DNA of 64,000 nt, taken from assembly GCF_006345805.1 (NCBI RefSeq), contig NC_043001.1:110794001-110858000 (forward strand). The letters are read 5' to 3'. The position numbers and the translations under genes are program-made. The notes under the pieces were generated by a model that made no database searches, was not told where the DNA came from, and worked only from the letters and a program-made list of their open reading frames with translations. Origin of the DNA: Octopus sinensis (taxonomy: Eukaryota). This document shows positions 1-11,060 of this stretch, in pieces. Position 1 is the stretch's first letter. Each line of letters opens with the position of its first letter.

Positions 1-867
1 AGGAATGAAAATAAAATTACTTTAAATCAATATCTAGCCCGAATTTCTTCTAATTTTCTATACCACACACCAGACAATGGTGATGTAGATCTTATAAAGG
101 TTACCTGAAGAAAGTAAACATTTAAAGAGCTCTAATTATTCTAAATTAGCGAATAATTGTGGTTGCTTTGAAAGGATCAAACGTTTGTTTCGTAGTGTTA
201 AGATTTCCATACCTTATTTGTATAATTCTATTTCTTAAGTTGCAATGTATGGTTGCAAAAACTACCAAACCGAGGGGGAAATTATGTGTTTGTTGTATCT
301 AGCAAGTTTTGTGTTACGCTGGTGACAATGAATCATTTAGCGCAACATGGCAAGAACTGGCACATCACAGAAATGTTGTGATATTGAGAATATGTTATAA
401 ACTGAAGGATCTTACCACGTTTCCCACACCTAAATAAGATATATGACCATGATTTTGCTGGGTCTCTATTGTGTTACTCTGTGTCAAAACTGATGACGTT
501 TTCTGAAGGAGAAAACCTTGCAAAAAATAAATGGTCTGATTTAAAACAGAGAACTATGAATCGATATACATCGTACCATGGATATTCAATTTATATACTG
601 TCGCAAACAGAATTGATAGCCCAATGCCAATGTTGAAGTATCAAGTTAGTTTGTCGATATTGAAATGAAGTAGGCTCCCCACGTTGACGAATATGGAAAA
701 TAAAAAAATATAAAATTTATTGCCGAAGGGAACTAAAGTAAAATTCCGAGAAAAAGACACTAACGTAAATATTTACGCTAGATAAAACGAGCGATCGGGA
801 GCAGCTGAAACTAATGCATAATTTGAGCGTTCATTCTTTTAGCAAATGAAACATAGGTATATAAACA

Positions 868-990
868 TATATACGACGGGCTTCTTTCAGTTTCCGTTCC
901 GTCTACCACATCCGCTCATAAGGTTTTGGTCGGCCCGAGGTTATATTAGAAGACACTTGCCCATGGTGCCACGTAGTGGGACTAAAGGCA
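868..990 (-). mobile_element. SINE family A, 5' half (tRNA-derived, octopus-type)
   Basis: Reverse complement of the family A head seen intact at 34551, 41344 and 49871 (ggcgtaggagtggctgtgtggtaag...ccgggttcagtcccactgcgtggcaccttgggcaagtgtcttc). Confidence 0.85.
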
Positions 991-1351
991 GAACCATGTG
1001 GTTGGTAAGCCTCCCATGCGTTTATTGTCTCTGATGATTCTAAAATATCATAGTTCCAAGACAAACGTTATATCTTTCTCCTACCACTCTGAAGACATTT
1101 GCCTAATGTAATGATTTTAGTAATTGTTATTTAATCTATTAGGCTTAACTGAAACAGCTGTAAAGGAATATGTTTGATTTTTGCATATCATAAATTTTTA
1201 TTTAATGTCATATCTCCATTTTCTTACTTTCATTTGAGTTCTTAGAAGTCTTGGTTCACATATAAAACTATTGTATCATTCACAACAAATGTGAGGTATT
1301 GAACCAGTAATTCATTGGATGGTAACATCACTTAATGAAGTGGTTGACCTC

Positions 1352-1356
<5 letters not shown>

Positions 1357-1416
<60 letters not shown>
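1357..1416. repeat. (TA)n microsatellite
   Basis: Pure TA run; one of dozens of TA, CA, CT, TATG and ATT tracts in the window. Confidence 0.99.
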
Positions 1417-1417
<1 letters not shown>

Positions 1418-1421
<4 letters not shown>

Positions 1422-1720
1422 TAATTAGTCAATATAGGGGGGCCAAAAATTTTGTAGAATTTTTTTGCCACCAGCGGCCTAGTGGGAAAAAATTAAATAG
1501 TCATAGACATTTTAAGTCCAACATCACAATCAAGGAACGGCCATTAAACAGTAGAGTTTACCATTAAACAGTAGATGAAACGGTGCATCGTATAAGAAAT
1601 TACGGGTAAATGTTTTTTAATTTTCTCCTGGTTTACGGAATTGATGTTATTTGCGGTTGAAGCTTTTGGCTTGTTATTTCTAGTGGGGAATGGCCTATTA
1701 TGGCCGTTCCTTGATTGTGA
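1418..1720. mobile_element. 485-bp-unit HHR repeat family, short rearranged copy with internal inversion
   Basis: 1418-1545 and 1546-1720 match 61791-63104 in opposite orientations; carries only the 3' half of the HHR (tagat GAAAC ggtgcatc GTA taagaaat, 1572-1600); TA runs on both sides. Confidence 0.9.
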
Positions 1721-1787
1721 TATATATAATTATATATATATAATTATATATATTATATATATATATATAAAATATATATAGATATAG

Positions 1788-2636
1788 GTTCTCAAATAAC
1801 CTTTGCACTTGATTTTTAATGTCTCTACCCCCATATTTGCGTGAGTTGAATTGAGCAAACACTATATGAGAGAGGTTTTTCTTTAAGTATTGGAAATAGT
1901 TTTAAAAAAAGTTTTTTTAGCTGCTATTTCTAATGAGTTCAGTATGCGGCAAAGTAATTTATTTTACTAAGCCCTTTTATATAATGTAATAATTTGAATT
2001 CGCCTTAAATGGTCCTTTGCATACAGAATACTTGGTGAAATTGATTAATTAATTAATTTTACCCTCAATTGTTGAAATTATAATTCATCTCTCTCTATAT
2101 AATGCCGCAGATTTTACCGAAAAAAGCATAGTGTTTACTGATTTTAACCCACGCTGGTCGAAAGGGGAGAGCAGAAATTCTTCGCTTGCATTTTTGAGTT
2201 TGTTGGCACTGTTAGTTACGAACAGATCTTCAGAAGCGAGAGGAAGCCGAAAAGGTATGCTCCTACTTTCAGTGTTTTCAAATCCAAACCAGGGAGTTCT
2301 GAGCTGATGATAGAAATGTCGGATTTGACTAATCTTGAAACGTACGTTCTCAATAACCTTTGCACTTGATTTTTAATGTCTCTACCCCCATATTTGCGTG
2401 AGTTGAATTGAGCAAACACTATATGAGAGAGTTTTCTTTAAGTATTGGAAATAGTTTTAAAAAAAGTTTTTTTATCTGCTATTTCTAATGAGTTCAGTAT
2501 GCGGCAAAGTAATTTATTTTACTAAGCCCTTTTATATAATGTAATAATTTGAATTCGCCTTAATGGTCCCTTGCATAATGAATACTTGGTGAAATTGATT
2601 AATTAATTAATTTTACCCTCAATTGTTGAAATTATA
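1788..2636 (+). mobile_element. 558-bp-unit tandem repeat (1.5 units) with HHR at the unit junction; retrozyme/non-autonomous PLE-like
   Basis: 1791-2082 is repeated almost identically at 2349-2636 (period 558); begins at GTT|ctcaa; embedded in TA-rich tracts. Confidence 0.85.
2296..2357 (+). ncRNA. Type I hammerhead ribozyme motif (minimal, palindromic stem III)
   Basis: tgag CTGATGA [2304-2310] tagaaatgtcggatttgactaatctt GAAA [2337-2340] C gtac GTT| ctca; stem I tgag/ctca plus gtt/aac; stem III AACGTACGTT palindrome; stem II imperfect (aga/tct, gtc/gac, U.U closure). Confidence 0.7.
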
Positions 2637-2665
2637 TAATATTATATATATTATATATATATATA

Positions 2666-2707
<42 letters not shown>

Positions 2708-2754
2708 ATATATTGTATATATATATGTATACATATATACTTCTATGCTTTTTT

Positions 2755-2979
2755 CTTCTACTTGTTTCTGTTACTGACTGCGGCCATGCTGGAACACCGT
2801 TTCTAGTCGAGAAATCGACTGCAGTAATTATTATTTCTACGTCTGGTGCTTATACTATACGTCCCTTTTGCCGAACCGCTATGTTCGGGAACCTAAACCA
2901 CACCAACATCAGTTTTGAAGCCATAGTGTGGGGACAAACACAAACACATAAATACATGCATACGAACATAATATACATA

Positions 2980-3016
<37 letters not shown>

Positions 3017-3173
3017 GAGGGTTCTTTCAGCTTCTATCTACCAAATACACACACAAGGTTTTCGTCGGCTCGAGGCTATGTGGTGGAAGAAACTTGGTCA
3101 AGGTGGCACGCAATGGGACTGAACCTGGAACCATGTGGTTGCGAAGCAAGCTTCTTACCACACAGCTTCACCT
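2755..3173 (-). mobile_element. SINE family A, diverged full-length
   Basis: Head, internal microsatellite and 3' tail all recognisable in reverse complement. Confidence 0.85.
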
Positions 3174-3201
3174 ATATATATATGTGTGTGAGTGTGTGTA
3201 A

Positions 3202-3238
<37 letters not shown>

Positions 3239-3289
3239 TATATATATATATATATGTGTGTGTGGAGTGTGTGTGTGTGTGTTTGTGTA

Positions 3290-3458
3290 TATCTTTGTGT
3301 GTCCGAGTTTGTCCCCCATCATAGCTTGACAACCGATGCTGGTCTGCTTACGTCCCCGTAACATTAGCGGTTCGACACAAAGAATAAGTGCTAAAGGCGG
3401 TGCTCCAGCATGGCCACAGTCAAATGACTGTTACAAGTAAAGGAGTGAAAAAGAGTAT
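3290..3458 (+). mobile_element. SINE family A, 3' half
   Basis: gcttgacaaccgatgctgg...ctaaaggcggtgctccagcatggccacagtcaaatgactg. Confidence 0.85.
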
Positions 3459-3639
3459 ACATATTTACACAAGCACACACACACACACACACATTTATGT
3501 ATACATATGTGCGTGTGCACACGAGTGTGTATACGTGTGTAAAGGAGTGATGCTTAATTTTGTGGTTCATGAAGGGAAGCATTGATTACTGAAGACACAT
3601 ATAATATAGCAGCAACGCCTGCAGTCATAATTTACTAAT

Positions 3640-4878
3640 TAAACTGAAGAATGATAATAAAAGTTGAAGTTCTGATGTGCAGAGGTGTTGTCTACAATAT
3701 TAGTTATATCATTCGTGATAAACCAATCGTTAACAAACATATCGTGCCTGGAAATATGCCATATTCTTTGATTCGCACGATGAAAATCATGATTATCACT
3801 GTTACCAAATTTTTTGCCATGTATGGGCATTATTTTTTACGTTCTAAATTTTACGTTCTATTTCTTTACTAGCCACAAGGGGCTAAACACAGAGAGGACA
3901 AACAAGGACAAACAAGGACAGACAAACGGATTGTGTCGATTATATCGACTCCAGTGTGTAACTGGTACTTAATTTATCGACCCCGAAAGGATGAAAGGCA
4001 AAGTCGATCTCGGCGGAATTTGAACTCTGAACGTCGCGGCAGACGAAATACCTATTTCTTTACTACTCACAAGAGGCTAAACACAGAGGGGACAAAGAAG
4101 GACAGACAAACGCATTAAGTCGATTACATCGACCCCAGTGCGTAACTGGTACTTAATTTATCGACCCCGAAAGGATGAAAGGCAAACTCGACATCGGCGG
4201 AATTTGAACTCAGAACGTAGCGTCAGACGAAATACCTATTTCTTTACTAGCCACAAGGGGCTAAACACAGAGGACAAACAAGGACAGACAAACGCATTAA
4301 GTCGATTCTATCGACCCCAGTGCATAACTGGTACTTAATTTATCGACCCTGAAAGAATGAAAGGCAAAGTTGACCTCGGCGGATTTTGAACTCAGAACGT
4401 AACGGCAGACGAAATACTGCTACGCATTTCGCTCGGCGTGCTAACGATTCTGCCAGCTCACCGCCTTATACGTTCTAACTACCACCCACTTAACATATTT
4501 GCTATGGACAATATGATCTTCCAGATGTCATTGTAGTCGCAATATTTTCAACCAAGGCTTCTATTATTGTGCGATAAATCCAGTAGATTTAATTTAACAT
4601 TGTTTTGTTAGCATTTCCAACCAACAGATCCATATGATTAACATCAAAATGACTTCCTTGATATGTTTGGCATTATAATGATATGGAAGCTATTGTGCTA
4701 TATTGAACTACCACTGTAATGATACCTTTGTGGATTTCGTTCCATAAATCACGTTCATGCAACATGACATGAGAACATATTGCTTCATTATCTTTGTGGA
4801 ATGTTACAGACAAAGATTGTGCTACGCCAATATCTGCGACCTTCTGAGACTGCACCACATCGCGTAAAGGGATGTCGA
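3640..4878 (-). pseudogene. Degraded class-A (rhodopsin-like) GPCR, TM2-TM7, interrupted by a SINE array
   Basis: Manual translation with frameshifts: VQSQKVADIGVA (TM2-like), AIC...IITVVVQYSTIA-LPYHY (TM3/ICL2 spacing), KEVILMLIIWIC (TM4), IILSIANML (TM5-like), MAKNLVTVIIMIFIV (TM6-like), MI*LIL*T (decayed NPxxY); order collinear. Confidence 0.5.
3861..4468 (-). mobile_element. SINE family B, one head plus three tandem ~184-bp body units
   Basis: Head ggcggtgagctggcagaatcgttagcacgcc at 4468; units with gttctgagttcaaattcc B-box-like motif; 9-bp direct repeat TACGTTCTA at 3852-3860 and 4469-4477 (TSD). Confidence 0.9.
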
Positions 4879-5040
4879 TGTACATATATACATATGCATA
4901 CACATATATACACATATATATATATGTATATATATACACGTATATGCACATATATATATATGTGCATGGCCGCAGTCAAATGACTGAAACAAGTAAAAGA
5001 GCAAAGAGTAAAGAGTATATATATATATATATATATATAC

Positions 5041-5435
5041 TCTTTACTCTTTACTCTTTTACTTGTTTCAGTCATTTGACTGCGACCATGCTGGAGCACC
5101 GCCTTTAGTCGAGCAAATCGACCCCGGGACTTATTCTTTGTAAGCCAAGTACTTATTCTATCGGTCTCTTTTGCTGAACCGCTACGTGACGGGGACATAA
5201 ACACACCAGCATCGGTTGTCAAGCAATGCTAGGGGGACAAGCACACACACATACAACATATATATATATATATATATACATATATACGACAGGCTTCTTT
5301 CAGTTTCCGTCTACCAAATCCGTTCACAAGGCGTTGGTCGACCCGGGGCTATAGCAGAAGACACTTACCCAAGATGCCACGCAGTGGGACTGAACCCGGA
5401 ACCATGTGGTTGGTTAGCAAGCTACTTACCACACA
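5041..5435 (-). mobile_element. SINE family A, near full-length
   Basis: Reverse complement of consensus, lacking about 13 nt of the head. Confidence 0.92.
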
Positions 5436-5811
5436 GGCGTAGGAGTGGCTGTGTGGTAAGTTACTTGCTTACGAAACACATGGTTCCGTGTTCAGTTCCA
5501 CTGCGTGGCGTCTTGGGCAAGTGTCTTCTGCTATAGCCTCGTGCCGACCAAAGCCTTGTGAGTGGATTTGGTAGACAAAAACTGACAGAAGCCTGCCGTA
5601 TATATATATATATATGTGTGTTTGTTTGTGTGTTGTGTTTGCCCCCCCTCCTCCAATATCGCTTGACAACCGATGCTGGTGTGTTAGCGGTTCGGCAAAA
5701 AAGACTGATAGAATATGTACTAGGCTTACAAAGAATAAGTCCTGGGTTCCATTTCCTCGACTAAAGGCGGTGCTCCAGCATGGCCACAGTCAAATGACTG
5801 AAACAAGTAAA
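5436..5811 (+). mobile_element. SINE family A, full-length, head-to-head with the preceding copy
   Basis: Starts ggcgtaggagtggctgtgtggtaag directly after the minus-strand copy. Confidence 0.92.
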
Positions 5812-5871
5812 TGAAACGAATGAATGAATATGTCTATGTGTGTGTGTGTATGTGTGTATTTGATGGGTGTG

Positions 5872-6163
5872 TGTGTCTGTTCACCACCATCATGTGACAA
5901 CCTATGTTGGTGTATTTACATTCTCGAAACTCACCGAATCGGCAAGAGAGCCCTAGAGAATGAATACTAGGCTTACAAAGAATAGGTCCCACATGGACGC
6001 AGTCAACTGACTTGAGCAAGTGAAAGAATAAAAGAAGATATATATAAGCCTAGTACTTATTCTATCGGGCTCTTTTGCGGAATCGGTGAGTTTCGAGAAT
6101 GTAAATACACCAACATAGTTTGTCAAATGATGGTGGTCAACAAACACCCCCCCCCCCATCAAA

Positions 6164-6206
<43 letters not shown>

Positions 6207-6396
6207 ACACAAAACAACACACATGCACAAAACACATGTATGTATGTATACGTCAGTTTACTTTCAGTTTCTGTCTACCAATTCCACTCACAATACTTTG
6301 ATCGGACCGAGGTTTTAGTAGAAGACATTTACCCAAGGTGCCACGCAGTTGGATTGAACCAAGGGACATGTGGTATCAAGCTACTTACCATTCAGC
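5872..6396. mobile_element. SINE family A, old copy with local inverted duplication
   Basis: 5872-5975 (+) and 6045-6147 (-) share the non-consensus segment tacattctcgaaactcaccga; minus-strand head continues to 6396. Confidence 0.8.
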
Positions 6397-6431
6397 AACA
6401 CACAGACACAAACACACACATACACACAACA

Positions 6432-6497
<66 letters not shown>

Positions 6498-6552
6498 ACA
6501 CACACGTACATACACACAGATACATACACACACACACAGACATATATATATT

Positions 6553-6642
6553 AAAGAATGGAGTTGAACAACGAATTAACAAAATTCCTTTATTTTCGAC
6601 AAATAAAGGATTTTGTTAATTCGTCGTTCAACTCCATTCTTT
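6553..6642. repeat. Short fold-back (about 43-bp arms)
   Basis: aaagaatggagttgaacaacgaattaacaaaattcctttatt / aataaaggattttgttaattcgtcgttcaactccattcttt. Confidence 0.9.
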
Positions 6643-6783
6643 CATATATTTATATTTTAAAAAAAAGCATACAAATTTCCACACGAAAGCACGTAACTTC
6701 AAACGTGTCTTCTCTGATGTGAATTTGCTACCCAGGTATCGGTTAACCGAATTATTCATAACAAGATAATTCATTCAACTACT

Positions 6784-6824
<41 letters not shown>

Positions 6825-6919
6825 ATCACATATATATACACAAATACAGTCACATACACACATACGCACACACACACACATATATATATACATATAATAT
6901 AAACAGACACATGTGTAAA

Positions 6920-7252
6920 GGCGCATGGCTCAGTGGTTAGAGCGTCGAGCTTACGATCGTGAGGTTGTGAGCTCGAATCCCGGTCCGGGCTGCGTGTTGT
7001 GTTCTTGAGCAAAGCACTTTATTTTCACGTTGCTCCAGTTCACTCAGCTGTAGAAATGAGTTGCGACGTCACAGGTGCCAAGCTGTATCGACCTTTGTCT
7101 TTCCCTTGGATAACACTAATGGCGTGGAGAGGGGAGGCTGGTATGCATGGGCGACTGCTGGTCTTCCATAAACAACCTTGCCCGGACTTGTGTCTAGGAG
7201 GGTAACTTTCTAGGTGCAATCCCATGGTCATTCATGACCGAAGGGGGTCTTT
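6920..7252 (+). mobile_element. SINE family C (tRNA-like head, central core, distinct tail)
   Basis: ggcgcatggctcagtggttagagcgtcg...gagctcgaatccc A/B-box-like head; core tgtgttcttgagcaaagcactttattttcacgttgctccag. Confidence 0.85.
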
Positions 7253-7351
7253 AAACACACACATACATACACACAGATACAGACACACACACACATACGC
7301 ACACACACAAACACATATATATTGTGTGTGTGTGTGAAACTGAATAAATAC

Positions 7352-7870
7352 AACGTGAAAATCTGGGAGTCAAACCCCACACCGGGGGTTCAGAATTTCA
7401 GTGAGACCGTTCGAAATTGAATGTTTGGTGTGGGATTATGTGCAATCGAATTATTGTTTCCTTTTTCTTTAACGAGAGATCAATTACTGAAAATGTTTAC
7501 CTTGAGCTTTTGACAGAATGTGTGGCAACACAACTCCTGGACCTTTAACCGACAATCATTTTTCGGCAATATGGTGCCCCATCACATTGGGGACTGCATG
7601 ATCGTGAGTGCCTAAATCAAACATTTCCAGACCGTTGGACTGAAAAGAATGGACCAATTCAGTGGCCACTACCTTCACTAGATATCACACCTCTGGATTT
7701 CCTTCTATGGGGATATGTTTACGATATTATGTACCGAACAAGAATGTCGGATATTACTGAACGAGAGCAAAAGATAACAGATGCGATTGCAATCATTAAT
7801 GAGACTTTCCTACAGCAAACAAGCCAAGACATCTACTACAGTTTTGAGGTCCTTATATATCAATTAAGAA
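7352..7870 (+). mobile_element. Tc1/mariner DDE transposase relic
   Basis: KLNVWCGIM...IIFRQYGAPSHW...FPDRWTEKNGPIQWPLPSLDITPLDFLLWGYV, a decayed QQDGAPxH and WPPRSPDLTPLDFFLWGY signature; internal stop. Confidence 0.9.
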
Positions 7871-8224
7871 ATAGAGTCAAACGCAGGTGTTATTTAAATA
7901 ATTTATCTACATACATAACCAATTATTTATATATATATATATATATATATATTCGCAATACCGGATGAACCCGCATAGCCGTAGGGAGCAAAAAGAAGAG
8001 CGGCAAAGTCCAACTCGCTCCTTCACCAGAAGTAATGCTGAGAAAATCCTGGATGCAGTAAATGCGGAGTACCAGCATGGATTCAGCCTCTGCCTGAAAC
8101 CCATAAGAGATAATATATATATATATATTTGATACTTTGATAGGTTTCGGCCATTATTGGCCCAGGCCATGTCTAACTTAATAGCACCACCTGGTGTGCT
8201 ATTATATACCACCTGGTATAATAT

Positions 8225-8266
<42 letters not shown>

Positions 8267-8427
8267 GTATATATATATATATATTTAGAAAAATTTTCTC
8301 ATTCCTTCATTAATAATAGCGCTTTCGTTCGTTTCTCGAACTTTGCTAATAATAATGACACAAAAAAAGATTTTTCTTATATATATATAAATGTGTGTGT
8401 GTGTGTGTGTGCGTGCGTGTATGCATG

Positions 8428-8475
<48 letters not shown>

Positions 8476-8516
8476 ATATACATCTATATGTATATGTATG
8501 TATGTATATATATGTA

Positions 8517-8558
<42 letters not shown>

Positions 8559-9310
8559 ATATAAATGTATCTTTGTAAATGTATTCCGACACGCACGCAC
8601 AGAATCGCACACACACACACATACACACACTCACAGGCACACACTCACACACACACACACTCATATTTATATATAAAGTGAACGTGTGACAGATTGATAT
8701 AGAAATGCAGGTAGAAAGACAGAGAGAGTGAAGGATAAGTGCAATCTTCGTAACGTCTACGGATCCGTTGTAGTTTATGTTATTTTATACTCTTATTCGA
8801 GTATTCGTTTTTTCGTTTTTTGCTTCTGATGTTTCGAAGTGCGTGAATGATATAAATTTCATTTTCTACTTGACATGAAATACACTCTATTTTCCTTTAG
8901 AACAATACAAATTATACTGTGTTATGAATAACAAAATATTGATCTCGCCTTCAGAAATCTAGTTAGTTCTTCGTACAATTATTGTCCAAGAGTATCACTT
9001 GGTACCGAATAAAAAATATACGTGATTTCTACTTACTGTAAATATAAATTTGCTCAGGTTATGCACTCCACGCCTGTTTCTTTTTCTGATTCAAGTTAGC
9101 TGAATCAATAATTCAAATAAAACTGCCTTTGATTCTGATAGTAGAGTCAATGAGTGAAAATATATACGCGAGCTGGACACATACAACGATAGGAAAAGCT
9201 GTACTACTTGATTGCTGTGTAATATCAGACTGATTCCGATTAAGGTGCAGTTTAACATTACGTTAATCATGTATGCAGAAACATAGTGTTTCGAAATGTG
9301 TATATGTAAA

Positions 9311-9670
9311 CCTCCTCGAGGAATGCGCAGATGCAGGCTAGAAAGCAGAGCATTTTCCAATCGAAGTCGGATGTAGAGGGTTTGTGGGACACAGTGTGAG
9401 ACGACTGTTGTTATCGCTAGGCCTAACTCATCGTAAACTCAATACCACCATGACCGCTATCCAAACTACTGCGGAGAAGGCTAGCCACTGGATTTGTTAA
9501 AAGGAGACGATCTGCGATGGCTAGAAGAATATTGAGCTTTATTTGATTACCAGCTTATCTAGCAAGCGGGGCCTCATATCAGTGAGTGGGGGGCGGTGCG
9601 CATTGATGCCGTCGAGAGGTAGGCCCCGAAACGGCGCGCATTCTCTCCTGACGACCCCATACACTTGCTG
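9311..9670 (+). mobile_element. HERO-like RLE non-LTR retrotransposon, 3' fragment
   Basis: LLEECADAG*KAEHFPIEVGCRGFVGHSVRRLLLSLGL...AEKASHWIC*; PIEVGCRGF is typical of the HERO C-terminus; followed by a GC-richer 3' UTR. Confidence 0.8.
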
Positions 9671-10155
9671 GCTCCCGGTATGCGGAGTTTTTGATGGTAG
9701 CACTTGCAGGTGCAAGTTGCTTGCAAGAAATCTAAATAAATAATGGAGTGTCCGGTTATTGAATTAGTTCTAAATATTTTCCTCATCAGATGGAACGCAG
9801 AATATATTTCGGTCGCAATACGTAGAAACTCGGTATGTGATTTTTATGCGATATTCAGGAATTCTCAAATTCTTGGGTCATAAATAGATTGCGACACTTC
9901 GGACGAAATGTTTTGTCCCTTGTTATGTTTTGAAAAATGAAGCATAAGAAGAAAATGGACATAGAAGTCGTGCTTAATGGTGCAGGAAATGATAAAAGTG
10001 TACAAAATGATAAATGTGTACAAAACGATGAAAGCGTAGCAAGCGAAAATGATACAGTAGGAGGCGAAACAGAGGATCCGCGACACGGGCAAATGAAGGA
10101 AAAGAGAAATGATATTGGACCAAACAGTTTCCCCGCCATGTTAACATATCAAGCA

Positions 10156-10594
10156 GCGCAGGAGTGGCTGTGTGGTGAGTAGCTTGCTTACCAAGAACAT
10201 GGTTCCGGGTTCAGTCCCACAGCATGGCAACTTGGGCAAGTGACTTCTACTATAGCCTCGGGCGGACCAAAGTCTTGTGAATGGATTTGGTAGACTGAAA
10301 CTGAACGAATCCCGTCGTATATATATATATATGCATTCATACATACATACATGCATATATATATATGTATGTATGTATATGTTTGTGTAGCTGTGTTTGT
10401 CCCCCCAACATTGCTTGACAACCGATGCTGGTGTGTGTGCGTCTCCGTAACTTATCGGTTCGGCAAGAGAAACCGACAGAATAAGTACTAGGTTTACGAA
10501 GAATAAGTCCTGGGTCGATTTGCTCGACTAAAGGCGTTGCTCCAGTATGGCAGCAGTCAAATGACTAAAACAAATAAAAGTATAAAAGAATAAA
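10156..10594 (+). mobile_element. SINE family A, full-length
   Basis: Head, internal microsatellite and tail match other copies. Confidence 0.92.
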
Positions 10595-11060
10595 ACAAAT
10601 ATCCGATTACCCGATAGTCAAAAATATAGGTTTGGTTTTCTGTAAACCAGTCTGTCTTTGACCGGAAAAGAAACCATCTCAAGAGTAGCAATTCTTACAT
10701 TCGCCAATAAACCTAGAAACTTGCAAACAACATTCATACCAATAATATCACAGACAGACTGAGATGCTCGTATATGCAAAATCGTTTGCAGGAGGTCGTT
10801 ATCACAAAGAAAATGAAAGCCATGCTTTCAGATCCTTGGCGCTTACTTGCACATTTGCCGATATTCAAGTGAAATCATATCAAACAGAATTTAAATATAG
10901 ATAGAAATGTATTTAAAACATATTTTGCAAACGGATTCTTCATTATTCACATATATCATAGCGGTTCTTGTGGAATTAAACAGACTTGAAATGAAATGCG
11001 TGTGCATAGACAAGGTAAACACTTTTTCAAATGTGGATAACATGTATCGTGTTGAGCAAA

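Noticed and set aside
6920-6995. tRNA gene
   Set aside because: A/B-box head continues into a SINE core and tail and lacks a complete cloverleaf
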